Below are positions 11,230 through 24,857 of a DNA stretch of 60,000 nt, one piece after another. The stretch comes from Malacoraja senta (taxonomy: Eukaryota). The position numbers and the translations under genes are program-made. The stretch lies in NCBI GenBank assembly GCA_038087875.1, contig CM075987.1, forward strand, positions 20,028,001 through 20,088,000, in the 5' to 3' direction. Each line of letters starts with the position of its first letter. Within the stretch, counting starts at the first letter, position 1. The notes below the pieces were generated by a model, which saw nothing but the letters and a program-made list of their open reading frames with translations, was not told where the DNA came from and did not search any database.

Positions 11230-11845
11230 TCATGTTGGCCTTCATAGCAGGAGGATAGGAGCAAGGAGGTCCTACTGCAGTTGTACAGGGCCGTGGTGAG
11301 ACCACACCTGGAGTATTGTGTGCAGTTTTGGTTTCCTAAGTCGAGGAAGGACATTCTTGCTATTGAGGGAGTGCAGCATAGGTTCAGCAGGTTAATTCCC
11401 GGGATGGTGGAACTGACATACTGTATGATAAAATAATGGATTGACTGGGCTTATATTCACTGGAATTTAGAAGGATGAGAGGAGATCTTGTAGAAACATA
11501 TAAAATTCTTAAGAGATTGGACAGGCTAAATGTAGGAAAAATGTTCCTGATGTTGGGGGAGTCTAGAACCAGGGGTCACAGTTTAAGAATAAGGGGTAGG
11601 CCATTTAGGACTGAGATGAGGATTATTTTTTTCATCTAGAGAGTTGTGAATCTGTGGAATTCTCTGCCACAGAAGGGAGTGGAGGCCAATTCACTGGATG
11701 TATTCAAGAGAGAGTTAGATATAGCTCTTAGGGCTAACGGAATAAAGGGATATGGGGAAAAAGCAGGAATGGGGTACTGATTTTGGATGATCATCCATGA
11801 TCATATCAAATGGCCTACTTCTGCACCTATTTTCTATGTTTCTAT
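11230..11845 (+). mobile_element. CR1 3' fragment
   Basis: gtgagaccacacctggagtattgtgtgcagttttgg (RPHLEYCVQFW) through cacctattttctatgtttcta. Confidence 0.9.
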
Positions 11846-13664
11846 AATAATGGCTCTCAGCAGAAGCAGCATCCAGAAATTCTGAAGAATAAATTCCAAA
11901 AGTTAGGGTGACTCTGACTGACTTCCAGAACAGTGCAGAACACTTATCTTAAGTGACACTTGAAGTTTACTGGGTAACCAAACACAAGTGCCTGTGCTGC
12001 TCTCAACATTTGAGTCACCCTAACTCTCAGAAATCTTGTCTCACAATTCTTTCATATGATACTTTGCTGCTCCATTGGGTAGTTTCTGATTTTTCATCAA
12101 ACCTGGAAGGAGTATTGGACTACATTGCCGGACCCCCAACATTTTAAGCATTCATAATGGCTAATCATGTCCTTCCATTTACCTCTCTGACAACTTCCAT
12201 GCACATGTGCCTCTTTCTGATAGAAGTTGGCTTCTGAACATACTGTTCTCAAGAGGTTTTTGCAAGTTAATCTATCTTGTCAGGATCACTCTCCAACCCC
12301 TGTCCTTTTAATGTACAATGCACTCGTACATAGCTACCACCCTCCTGGTTATATTATCATGTTGTCTTTTCAGGGTTACTTGCTACAGTCAAAGTTTTGA
12401 AGAAAGTTATCATTGTTAACATAACATGTAATGTTCTTAAAATGGAACCCATTTAGTGCTGTTTTGGAACTGCTACTAATGAATTTCATGACCTTTTGAA
12501 ACAGATTACCAGTGCTGTTTTAAAGCCAGGAAACACTACAGACAGATTTCTGGTCTATGTTTTGTCTTCTGGGTAGATTAGAATTATATTACATCATCTA
12601 AATCTCATTTAACAATAGCTTAGTTGAATAGAGGGGTAGATAGTTGATTAGCAGCCAAATTACTCACAAATGTACTGTATGAGTATACGATTTATGTGCT
12701 ATACACTAGTTCAGCGACACTTGTTTATCCTGATGCATAGAATTAATGTTAATTTGGCAAGGTAATAGTTAATCTGCTGGTCACAGCATTCATCTGATAA
12801 ATTGCATGGAATCAATCCAACAGGAAGGGCTAAGATTAGGAATAAAATTATTTTAGAATTCAATGTTTATCTGCCAAAACTGGAACTGTTACAGCATAAA
12901 CAACATCTAGAATTCAAAACTGATAAAATGGGCATTAGAAAATTGAGAGCTGCTGCCAATAATAAATATTAGATAATGTTTGCTTTTATCCTATAACACA
13001 CAGTTAGGTCTATGTAACTACAACTGGAATTAAATCATATGATCTTATTCTTAAACACAATATGCAGCAAAGGGGGAATGTTTACACCGTAATTCAGCAC
13101 ACAGTGATTTCCTGATTTTATTTTTCTCTGCATCTAGTGGTACATATCAAACAGAGACCAGTGTTTTCTCCGTGAAAAAGTGAGGGGATTTTTTGTCCAT
13201 AATTGTTCATACTCAGGTATTCCTTTTAGCCAATTACTTTAAAACAGTGTAAAGGGCCAGATACCCTGATACCCAGCAATGAGGAGACCGAAAGCAAGAC
13301 CAAGTTAGCATTCAAATCTGGTCCAAAATCTGGAATATAAAAAAGAAATGCGAGGGAAGATTATTATGGCCCTGATTTTGCTGAAAAACGTCAATAACCA
13401 ATGCATATTGTTACTGATGTGCAACTCATCCAGCAGTGTGGGTATGTGAACCACTGTGTTGCTGGCCAACTTGCACCTGAAGATTTCTAAAAATTGCATC
13501 TCTTAATCTCACAATGCACACTAATTTCCCTTAAAAGTTGCTAAAATGTTACATTTTATAATGAATATAGTAAGTACCCATTGACATGATAATTGTTAAT
13601 GATTGATAGATCATTTTATTTTACTTGGAATGTGAAAAGTGATTCTCATTCCTCAGATTGTGTT

Positions 13665-13758
13665 GAACACAATGTGCTGGAGTAACTCAGCAGGTCAGGC
13701 AGCATCTACAGAGGACATGGATAGGAGATATTTCGGGTCAGGACCCTTCTTCAGACTG
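13665..13758 (-). mobile_element. Penelope-derived module with a hammerhead-like core
   Basis: Minus strand reads cagt CTGAAGA A GGGT CCTG ACCC GAAA TATC tcc. Confidence 0.7.
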
Positions 13759-15824
13759 TACATTTATTACCCCTAAAACTTCAAATTGTGAAATTTTTAA
13801 AGAGATTTTAAATTGTAAATGATTACATTTATTTTCATTTTTTTCATTTCAGTTACTTTTCTGTTTCTATCCATTCTTTCTGTACCACAATTTTTTTTTG
13901 TAAGGGATTTGCCATTGATTTCATTAACTAATTTGGTCCTTCCTTCCTCTATTGTTCAATATGTAAGTAGACTAAAGAGAGAAACCATTTGCTGCAACAG
14001 TCGCCACGTTTATCATCATCCTTTTGTCTTCATGTCGTGTCATCATATTATGTTTCTGATATTTTAGTCAACAAACTTAAGGGTTCAAATATAAATTTGT
14101 ACATACGCCTTTAACTGAAGGCACACACCAGTTTTATTGCCACAAAATCTGGACCAATAGAGTTATTTTTATTTTTTTTATTATGAAAATTTGTAGTTTT
14201 ACTAAAACAAACATTTTAATTTTTCTTTCCCAATTTATCCACCATTTAATGACATATTGTGGTCTTCCCTTTGATGAGAATTCTGAAAAGCTAATCTTAC
14301 GCAATTAGATTATCATCTGCCGTAATTGGTACAGTTAACATGAGTATTTAGTAAAATATGTTTTGTATTTGTAGAAGTTGAAATTTGGAATATAACTAAT
14401 TACAATCACATTGACTAAATTCATTCCAATTTCTTTGGTATTAGTATGGATTATTACATTGTGGAACCGAGGTACATGATAATTTCACACCCATCATTAT
14501 TGTCCATATTTCTTGGTATGGCTCCGTTGGAGCTTTCATCTCAGTATTGCCATCTGGATGGAATTGGGTTAGAAATGGCCAAACTTACTACTTTCTGCTC
14601 AGTGAACTAAAAGCGGAGATGGCTATAAAAGCTGTGCAACTGAGAAATAACTTGCAGACATTCTGAGTGAAAGCAGCCATAAGACATCACATAGATGATG
14701 TGTTGTCAACATATGGTACATGCATCAAGTTATTGTGATAAATTATTTTCACCAATTGGCATACATTCAAGGTAAGATACCATTGTGGATTCCCTTTAAT
14801 TCATGTCTTTTTGCACTCTGCACTGCCAAACCACTCCTAACCACATTCAGACTGCTTATGGAAGGTTAACTGAATGCAGCTTAAGACTTTTGTGTCAATA
14901 AACCTCTCAGTTCCTAGCCTGAAGTTGTGAACGTAAGTTTAGCTGCCCACCCAGAAATGCTAAAGAAGGATTTTTAATACCAGTGGCTATTTTTAAAACA
15001 GTTGAATCTGTTTACCCGATATGTTTTAAATATGTTGATAATTGCTGTGGGAGCGAGGGCATTCCCCCTCTGCCCCCTGGAACCTGAACACACATTCCGT
15101 GTATTTACTGTCTCTTGGCCAATGTAGCTAGAAAAACAGAATATAGATGTTTCAGTCTACATTTGCCAGAAAGAGGTCTGGCACATAACAGTCAAAGTGA
15201 ATTAAAAGACACAGAAATATTTATTGAAAGCAGTTTCCTTCACAGGAAATGGCAGCAAAATGAAGGTTGCACTGATGGCCAGTCATAGATGTTAGAAAAA
15301 AAACGTATTTCTCACTGAACACCATTTTTTATTTCCCACAGATATATACTGAAAATTCTGTTCTGTTACTTTTAAATGAATGAACACATGTACTTAAGAA
15401 TTTTTTCCAAATATAAAAGGCAAAATCGGTACATTATCCCACTTTTAAAGATGCTATCTACTCAAATTTAAAATATAATATATTTATTTTGGTTAGTTAT
15501 GTCTTCTATCCAAATATGAATTTGGTGTAATAGGTGTAATTGTACATTGTGGCGAGGTTGGTTCATGTACATAAGACTCGATGACTGTCCGTTTCTAATT
15601 TATTTGTGTGCAGTATTTTCTTAAACAATTATTTTCTTTATCTATTTTATTCAAATTGCTGCTTTTAGAAGTCTGCATGAAGTCTATTTCATATGCATAT
15701 CCTGTGTGGTAGTTGTAAACTGCCAACCACTTGCTTTGTGAGTGGCAGGCTAGATAAAACATTAAGATGTATTGATCATCCAGTTGTTGAAAAAATGGGG
15801 CATATTGTGACTGAACAATTTAAG

Positions 15825-16015
15825 GGTTTCAAGGTCAGTTTATTGTCACATGTACCAATTAAGGTACAGTGAAAAATAGTTACCATAGAACCATACTAAG
15901 TGAAAAGCAACAAGACAAACAACCACATAAAAGTCAATGTAAACATCCATCACGGTGGATTCCACATTCCTCACTGTGATGGGAGGCAATACAGTTCAAT
16001 CTTCTTCCTCTTGTT
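15825..16015 (-). mobile_element. 3' end of a retroposon related to the GC-rich elements at 23945 and 30543
   Basis: tttattgtcacatgtaccaattaaggtacagtgaa stem-loop/AATAAA end plus aaacatcc...cactgtgatgggaggca shared with those elements. Confidence 0.55.
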
Positions 16016-16099
16016 TGCACTACCATTTGGAATATAATCAGTTTAAATAACTAATTGTTGTCCTGTAGCTTCTGTTTTGAAACATTTTATGTACAGTTC

Positions 16100-17200
16100 C
16101 TCAAAATTGGCATCACAAGTAGATAGGGTGGTCAAGAAGGCTTTCAGCACATTGGCCTTCATCAGTCAGAGCATTGAGTATAGAAGTTGGAACGTCATGT
16201 TACAGTTGTACAGGACATTGATGAGGCCACATTTGGAGTATTGTGTTCAGTTTTGGTCATCCTGTTATTGGAAAGATGTTGTTAAGATAGAAAGGGTGCA
16301 GAAAAGACTAACAAGGATGTTGCCAGGACTCGAGGGTTGGAGCTATAGGGAGAGGTTGAGCAGCCTAAGGCTTTATTCCTTAGAGCACAGGAGATGGAGG
16401 GGTAATCTCATAGATGTGTACAAGATCATGAGAGGAATAGAATTTTTTACGTAGAGTAGGGGAATCTAGAACCAGAGGACATAGGTTTAAAGTGGGGGGG
16501 GGAAAGATTTAATAGTAACCCGAGAGGCAACTTTTTCACACGAAGGGTGATAGGTGTATGGAACAAGCTGCCAGAGGAGGTAATTGAGGCAGGTACTATC
16601 ACAACTATTAAGAAACATAATGTAGACAAGTACATGGGTAGGATAGGATAGGTTTAGAGGGATATGGGCCAAACACGGGTAGATGGGACTAGTCGGGGCA
16701 TGTTCATAAGATAATAAGTGATAGGAGCAGAATTAGGCCAATCGGCCCATCAAATCTACTCCGCCATTCAATCATGGCTGATCTATCTCTCCCTCCTAAC
16801 CCCATTCTCCTGCCTTCTACCCATAACCTGTGACACCCGTACTTATCAAGAATCTATCTATCTCTGCCATAAATATATCCACTGACTAGGCCTCTACACT
16901 CTTCTGTGGCAAAGAATTCCACAGGTTCACCAACCTCTGACTAAAGAAATTCCTCCTCATCTCCTTCCAAAAAGAATGTGCTTTAATTCTGAGGCTATGA
17001 CCTCTAGTCCTAGACTCTCCCCCAAGTGGAAACATTGTCTCCACATCCACTCTATCTAAGCCTTTCACTGTTCTGTATGTTTCAATGAGGTGTCCTCTCA
17101 TTCTTCTAAACTCCAGCTAGACAGACCCAGTGCCGTCAAATACTGTTGGTCGGCATGGACAAGTTGAGCCAAAGAGCCTGTTTCCACCATGTATGACTCT
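16100..17200 (+). mobile_element. CR1/HER1-like 3' fragment interrupted at 16705-17143 by an opposite-strand CR1
   Basis: ORF 16077-16454 contains LMRPHLEYCVQFW; the tail resumes at 17144 (tgttggtcggcatggacaagttgagcc). Confidence 0.85.
16705..17143 (-). mobile_element. CR1 3' fragment nested in another CR1
   Basis: ORF 16886-17101 RGHLIETY...RNFFSQRLVNLWNSLPQ; flanked by tgtt on both sides (16701-16704, 17144-17147). Confidence 0.85.
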
Positions 17201-18529
17201 GTTACCTTTAATATTTTACATGCTAATCATTCACTCTGATGTTCCTGAGCTGATTGTTATCAAGTCATGATTGTTCATGTAATTAGATTCATATGATTAA
17301 CAGCAGCTCAAAGATATATTCCATTTTCACATGTTAATTTCAAGAAATTGAAGAAAGGGAAAAGCAAGAAAGACATGGAAATTTACATTTTGGAATATAC
17401 GAGACTTCAATACAATGAGAAATCACAAATCCAGTATTACAAATAATGTTTGTAATTTAGAGTATTGAGGACATCAATTCAGTTTCCAACAGCCCATTTC
17501 ATTCAAAGTAGGGGCTTTATAAATTTCTGGTAGTGCCTTAGTTAACTGTGTCAAGGTGTTAAAGGTTTGTGGAGCCAATTTCAGTAAGTCTGCAAGGAAA
17601 GTTAGTATCTTCGCAGTCCACAATAACATGAGAAATTAGAGCAAGATTAGACTGCATAGTCCATGCAATCAGCTGTTGCCTCACCGATCACTGTGTTTCC
17701 GATTCATTACTTTGGCTAATGAAGAAATTGAAAGTTTGGATTATTTGCAGGATATTTGTTATGCTAAATTACAATATAGGTTTTGAGAATCTATAAATTA
17801 ATAGACCTCATAACATGTAATAAATACTGTGAGGACATTTTAATCCTTTTAATTTGGAATGGGTTTATTGATGAAAGACCTTCTCAACTCATGGGCATGT
17901 GCTTGAATCCAACTGAGAATGACAGAATAGAAGTTTCCTTTCTCCTGCTTTATTATGAACCTATGTGAAATGAGCTTGAATAGCCTACACACAGCAAAGT
18001 TCACCTTCTGTTGGTATCACATGTACGTCACAGAATATTATATAGTTCCCCAAACACTATCTTTAAAAATCACAGCATAGTTTGAAAGAGTAGATCATAA
18101 TGGTGTCGTGGCCAGTAACCTCCATATTGTGGTTAAGGTGCATGATAGGAATAGAAGAGGGAACTTTGTTCTCCATCTGACTCGGATATACCCAGCATAG
18201 GAGTGCTCAGCACTGACACTCCTGTCATAAAGTGGAAAACTGGGACAGTAGACCTGGCTGTATGTAAAAGGATATAATTAACATTTGATCTCGTAGTAGA
18301 TTCACAAGAGAATAATAATTGCAACCTATAAAATTTTATAACCAATTTGCAAGTGAGAAACATAAATCTGAAACTGGCATCCTGAATAAAGGTAATTATA
18401 CAAAGATATGAAAACAGAGTGGACACTGAAAATTAATTAGTGTGCTGGTGAGATTACATCCACCGTGTATAATATTAGTCTCCTTATTTAAGGAAGGATA
18501 TAAATGTATTGGGAACAATTCAGCAAATT

Positions 18530-18690
18530 ACAGAGCAGTACAGTAATGCAGCTAGTAGAGCTACTGTCTCGCAGCGCCAGGGATCTGGGTTCAATTCGGA
18601 CCTCAGGTGCTATCTGAATGAAGTTTGTATGTTCTCCCTATGACTATGTGGGTTTCCTCTAGCTGCTCTGGTTTGCCCCCACATCTCAAA
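18530..18690 (+). mobile_element. V-SINE 5' half, degraded
   Basis: gcagctagtagagctactgtctcgcagcgccagggatctgggttcaattc...gtttgtatgttctccc. Confidence 0.7.
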
Positions 18691-18844
18691 GCTGGAATAA
18701 ATCAGGGTCAGCAACAAATGACCAAGAAAGGGTGGAGCCCATTATAGCACATTATTAGCTGGGGAAGAGGTGATATCGAAGGGATACAAGGATGCGAACA
18801 GTGGAACTAGTAGGACCACTAAGGTGGGGAGAGAGGGAATATCA

Positions 18845-19485
18845 TGACCAAAACTGAACACAATACTCCAAATGAGGCCTCACCACTGTCCTGTACATCT
18901 GTAACATGACATCCCATCTTCTATTGAGAGCCCTGCCAGTGTGGGTCCTGCCCTGGTTAGACTTCCCAAAATGCAACATCTTGCACTTCTCTGTATTAAA
19001 CTCCATCATTCAAACCTCAGCCTACCTTCCAAAATGATCAAGATCCTGCTGCAATTTTGCACAATCATCTTTGCTAACTACAATACCACCCACTTTAATG
19101 TCATCTGAAAACTCACTAAACATGCCTTGTACGTTCTCATCCAAATCATTGATATAGCAATGGTCCCAGCACCAACCCTGAGGGACATCACTAGTCATAG
19201 TCCTCCAGTCTGAAAAACAGCCATCCACAATCACCCTCTGCTTCAACAGTCACACTATTTAAATAATATTCTGCTTTTCACACACTTATCCAAACTATAA
19301 GTCTTCTGCAGTTTTACCACCTCTGCCCAATTTTGTACTTTTCCATTTTTTTTGCTTCTTTGCTTCCTCCATTTCAGGGAAAACAGACTCAACCTCTCCA
19401 GTTTCTCCTCATAACTGAAATGCTCCGTCCCAGGCAACACCCTGGTGAATTTTCTCTGCACCCTCTCCAGCACTACCATATCTTT
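18845..19485 (-). mobile_element. Degraded CR1 RT fragments
   Basis: ORFs KQRVIVDGCFSDWRTMTSDVPQG...YINDLDE and LERVQRKFTRVLPG. Confidence 0.75.
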
Positions 19486-19818
19486 AACTGCCAAAGATGT
19501 TTTTCTAAATGAAAGGCTGGTTATAAAATCACCAGTTTCCTCCCATAACCCAGAGATGCATGGGTGAACAGGTCACTGTAGATAGCCAGTATTATGTAGT
19601 TGAGTACTAAAAATAAAGTGGGATTGTTATAAATAAAGCAGGATGAATGTACAGGGTGCGAGATTCTCGACAAGGACTTGATAGCATGTCGGGTAGTTTT
19701 GATACCGTACGACTCTTGAGTTATAATTTAACCGCTTAACTACTCAAAAGCTGAGCAATTGTTTGAAATGTGCATATTCTTAACTGAATTCACGTATTTT
19801 TCTTCTTTTGATTCTCAG

Positions 19819-19872
19819 GGTCACCCAGGGCCTCCAGGAGACCTAGGCCCTCCTGGACCAATTGGACCCCCA
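19819..19872 (+). CDS. Collagen exon C, GHPGPPGDLGPPGPIGPP
   Basis: 54 bp, ttctcag acceptor, gtaagt donor, phase 0. Confidence 0.95.
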
Positions 19873-22800
19873 GTAAGTGCCCTACTTTATTAGATTGAAT
19901 TTTGAATCTCATTGTTTGGAAACATGACCAATAGCTTTGGTGTATAATATGTTTTTCACACCTATATATTCATTTAATAATGTTGTTTATAAGTATGCCA
20001 TTCAGAAATGTGATGTGTACGAGTACAGGGATACTCAACCTCTCATTGAATGTACCCAATGTTGACACTGTTTATCAATTTAGTTTGTAATTTTTCATCA
20101 GATAGGTTATCTTGATTTTTTTTATTATAGAGAAACCTTCTTCTGGTAAATAGCAGGAAAGTGCATTTTATGTTTCCTTAAAATATTTAATCAACAAAAT
20201 GTAATGAATTTTTCATGAAATATAAGAGTTTTTGAAAACAACTTGAGTACATGAAGTTCAAGAGTGATGAAAGTTTATTCAACTCATTATTAATTGTGGA
20301 TCAGGTTAAGAATGAATGAGATGCCTATACCTTCTTTCCACATTGCATAATAACTAGATAAATAATTCAAATTTACCACCAACTCAAAGCAGCTCATTCA
20401 TGACTTTCGTTGGTGAGAAAATACTTCAATCCCTTGAATAAGCACAGAATAATTTTGAAGTCAAAAGTTCTTAAAGTTAGTTGTATAATGTGTGTTTATA
20501 AGCACTATGCGTCCCTAATTGTGCATAAAACTGAAGGATCATGCATTCATTGAGCATTAAGCAGCACCCTTAAATGGCCACACTAACCACCATCAGCTTT
20601 CCCTGCTATTTGGCATCAACTCATTGGCTGCAGTGTGCACGACGTTACAAATAGATGTCAGTATTTCTTCAAGACTTCATGGGGGCAAATGGAAAAGCCT
20701 CAACTAGCGCCAAGTACAGGATGGCCAAGTACAGCAATTACTTGGGTTTTCTAACAAAGCACACACAATGCAGATTTTTGAATATTGAACAGAGATTTAT
20801 GGAAAGAAAGCAGGTAATTCAGCTCATCATTTTCATGCTGTCCATAGGTAGAGCTACTTGGGTTATCTTATTTTCCAAATTTCAATCTGTGGCCTTGGTT
20901 CTGGTTCTTCGTGTGCTCATTTAGGCACTTACTTAACATGACATGTTTCCTCATTCTCAACAGCAGAGCTGCCCGCATATTAGTTTCACCATGAGCACCA
21001 CAGTGGCTCTGGAAAGTTACAAGAACTAACCAAATCACCATACCAACCATTTTCTTTTATATCAATGCCAAAACCATACAGTTGTTGTCTGATTAGCCTT
21101 TTGTGTTCCTTTTAGTGCCAGTCCCTCCTGTGTTTTTGCCCGTATGTCTTCTTCTGTGCTGAGGTTTCCTAGTGCTGCAGCTGGGCTAATGAATGATTAC
21201 TTGCTTGGTGCAAAAGAGATAACAGATGACTGTCGAGGGCAACTGTGAGCAGCCCCAGACCTAGGTAGCTCAGGGTTTTTTTTATCATCTTGCAATGAAT
21301 AACAGCAATCTAGGTTAAATGATGACATTTGTATGTGTGGTTGAATTTGGAGTGCCCCATGTTCCTAGGCATCTCATGTAGTCGTTGTGAATGGCTGTGC
21401 AATTTCCCAGACATATCACTATCTTGGTGATCAACTATCTGTTTGCTGCCCTATTGGGTAGAATTGGTGTGCAATCACTCTTGGTAAACTTGCACCTGAG
21501 CTACACTTTCTCCCTTGCCTGGCAGCAATTAATGTGCCTGGTGAATCACTGCATGTATATCCCATCTCTGAAGTGCCTCTACCATGTATCAAGCTCTAGG
21601 ATCTAAACAGATGCCTATGAATATTTGGATCTAGTGATTTTGTATAATTTTCATCTTAATACAAGGGCTACTTAGCCCAAGCATTGGAACAAAAAAGGCA
21701 CAAGGATACAATTGGGATGAAGAGAGGAAGCAGGTAAAAGTAACATGTGTAACCATCTGAATCTAGTAAAGCAGAAAAGAGTGTGAGGGAGAGGGGGATG
21801 AGAAGAGGAGGTGGAGGAAGATGGCATGTGGATGTATGGTTATCTTCAATTATGTCTGATTTCTTGGCCAATTGCTTTACAAATATTGATTCCACGAAGG
21901 ACAGTAGTCTCTCTAATGCAGCATAACTTGTGGGTAACAGCAGATCCCATCAATCTACTACTGAGGCCTATGAGTATAGGTATCCTTCTATTTACAAGTT
22001 AATATTTGGGGATTAGTCTGTAGAAATATGCTTGATATGGTTGAAAAATGGTTGAAAATCTGGAAGTGTGTGTAAGCCACAAGATATGTGTGAGATTATT
22101 AAACCGCTCACAGAAATTTTAGGGATACTGTGCAGTCATTATCTTCCCGGCCACCACATTTAGCCATTTCAGAGTGATCCATTTCCAATAATGAGAGTCT
22201 CCAGGCCCCCAGTCATGCAGAACTTGTCTTTAGGTGTCCATCTCTTCCATTGAGACTTGGTATCTGCATTGGAGAATCAGCATCTCTTGTCCCATGTATG
22301 TGTCACCATTCTTGTGAACAATTCACTCAACCTGGATTGCAGCTTTGCCTTTAAGAGATTCATGCATGGATTCTATTTGGTTAGTTATAGCTTGTGCACA
22401 CGACTCTTAACCAACAAGGTGTACTTTTCTGCATGAATCAAAAATGGTACTTACTGATCAGTTTCCTAAATTTAGTTATCTTTATAGTTCATTTAACAAT
22501 ATTGCTTTTTGTGCTCTAATAAAATTTTTAGACTTTTCTCATTACAATTTTTTTCCATTTTACTAATTTTCCTAATTTAGAATACAAAATTGATTTTTCT
22601 TTAACTTGAAAATGAATGTACTTTGTTTTGTAGTCTGCATCTTTACAATAATTTATTTTTCACAATTTTATCAGATATAAATTAAAATGAAATTCAAAGA
22701 TGTTTTGCAAATGTGTAACAAGTAGGTGAATAATTGAGTGCCGATTAGAGACCAGAAAGATAACCTTGGAAATGAAAAGTGATGCAAGAAAGCACTGGAG

Positions 22801-22899
22801 CGTGGCAATGCTTTGCGTGCCGGTCTGAGAAGAGGATCTGCTATCATCATTAAAATCGTTCCACTCTTTTAAATCTTTATTTCCAGCAGCTGCACCAAA

Positions 22900-23038
22900 T
22901 GTTGTACCCTGTATCTGTGCATAATGGACAGCTTGATTGTGATTATGCATAGTCTTTTCTTTAAATGGATAGCACGCAAACAAAAACCTTTGCACTGCAC
23001 CTCGGTACACGTGACAATAATAAACTAAACTAAACTAA
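22900..23038 (+). mobile_element. LINE 3' tail (Rex1/Babar- or L2-type, clade uncertain)
   Basis: tgcactgcacctcggtacacgtgacaataataaactaaactaaactaa stem-loop + short-repeat tail. Confidence 0.5.
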
Positions 23039-23944
23039 GATACTGAATGAATATTTCAGGAGTGTCTTCACGAATGAAAAGAATTATGCTGATATTGTAT
23101 TCAAAGTGAACAAGTCTGAAATGTTTGCCAAGATAAGTTAGTAAAAAATGAATTATTAAGAGGTCTTAAAAATATACACATTGCCAAGCCCAAGTAAAGC
23201 AAATCACAAACTGTTAGATGAAGCCTGGGAAAAAATAGTATCTGGCTACTGGAGATGGGCTGAGGGGAGACAATTGAGCTGCATACAATTGTGAGTAGGA
23301 CATTTCCCTAATAACAGAACTCCAAAACTAGAGGCGAAAGATTTAGAGTAATTTTAGGATTATAGGGGAGATGAGGGGAGAAATGGCTCCCAGACTGCAT
23401 TAAGGGTTTGGAAATCACTGCCTGAAAGAGTGACAGAGGCAGATATCGTTATCACATTTAAGCTATATTTGGAGACACAAGAAAGCGCAGATGCTGGTTT
23501 ACAAAAAAAAACAAAGTACTGGAGCAATTCAGCATCACTGGAGAGAATAGATAGACGACATTTTGGTCTGGGCCTTTCTTCAGATTGGAATATAAACAAC
23601 CTTTCAAACAATACTTGAATCTATTCGTAAAGAACTGTGAACTACAGGGCCATGTGACAAATGCTGGGAGGTGGGATTAGGCTGGGTTGTTCTTTGTGAA
23701 CTGCACAGGCATGATGAGCTAAATATCCTCACGGTTAAAATTTACATTACATTTTTGGTGAGTCTAGTTAAAAATGGCTTCAGTGCAATGCTACATCTTG
23801 TAATTCATTAGCTCTTATTTCTAAGTGTCATCCTATTCTTTTCAAATTTTGGAATACTTACATCTAGTACAAAAATACTAATAATACAAATAAAATGTTT
23901 TTTAAAAAATGCTGTAAACCCCATACATTAAAAGAGCTAAAGGT

Positions 23945-24857
23945 CGGTGGGGGGCGCTGCAAGCCGGCAGCCTTGCCAGCAGCGTGTTCGTTTTTTCAAC
24001 TTTTTTTGTTTTTTTAGTGTGTCTTAATGTATGTTTTTAATGTTTCTTTGTGTGTCTTGTGTGTGGGAGGGTAAGGGGGAAACCGCTTTGGTCGCCTCCT
24101 CCACGGAGAGGCGACTTTTTCCATATCGCCTCCCCCGTGGCCTAACATCAAGGATCGGTGCGGCCTTTCCCGCAGACGTGCCCGGGGCTTCGGCTTCAGC
24201 AGCGGGCGCAGCGAGGACTCTTTCGTTGCAATGCGGGCGAGCCCTCGCCGGAGGGGAGCTCTACGTTCGCTGGCCCGCGGCAGCCTGAAGCCATGGTCTG
24301 CAGAGCTCCAGCTGGCGCAGCGTCCGCAGCCTGGGATCCCTCGTTGGGGACCCCGGGTGGAGAAGAGCTCCGACCGCCGGCCCGTGGCCAACTTCCACTG
24401 CGGGCGTGGCGGGGACTTACCATCCGGAGCGGGGTCCCTCGCCAGGGATCCCTGGAGAGGAGCTCTGACCGCCGGCCCTGCAGTCTGCGGTGCTTCTGGA
24501 TGCGGCACGGTGGGGACTTTAAATCTTCGACTGCCGGCCTACCATCTTGAAGTCGCGGTCTCCGGTGGGGAGGCACCGATTCAGGACTTATTCAGGACTT
24601 ACCTGGACTTACCTTGTCTGTACATCTGGATGCCCGCAGCAGCGACTGCGGAGGGTTGAGGTCCCGACCACGGGGGAAAATGGAGGAGGACTGGCCAAAT
24701 TTTGTGCCTTCCACCACAGTGATGAATTCTGTGGTGGATGTTTGTGTACATTTTTTTTATTGTGTATTGTGTGTTCTTTTTTATTGTACCGCTGCTGGCA
24801 AATTCATTTCACTTGCACTTATGTGCAAGTGACGAATAAAACTTGATTGATTGATTG
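23945..24857 (+). mobile_element. GC/CpG-rich non-coding retroposon with stem-loop, AATAAA and (TTGA)n tail
   Basis: Abrupt GC island in AT-rich intron; ends tcacttgcac-ttat-gtgcaagtgac gaataaaac ttgattgattgattga; no credible protein. Confidence 0.65.

Noticed and set aside
20930..22440. Moderately GC-richer stretch suggestive of a decayed DNA transposon
   Set aside because: No termini or transposase motif could be read with confidence
24014..24659. Overlapping Pro/Arg/Gly-rich ORFs (also 30754-31849, 32161-32841)
   Set aside because: Stop-codon scarcity in GC-rich repeats; no domain motifs or splice support
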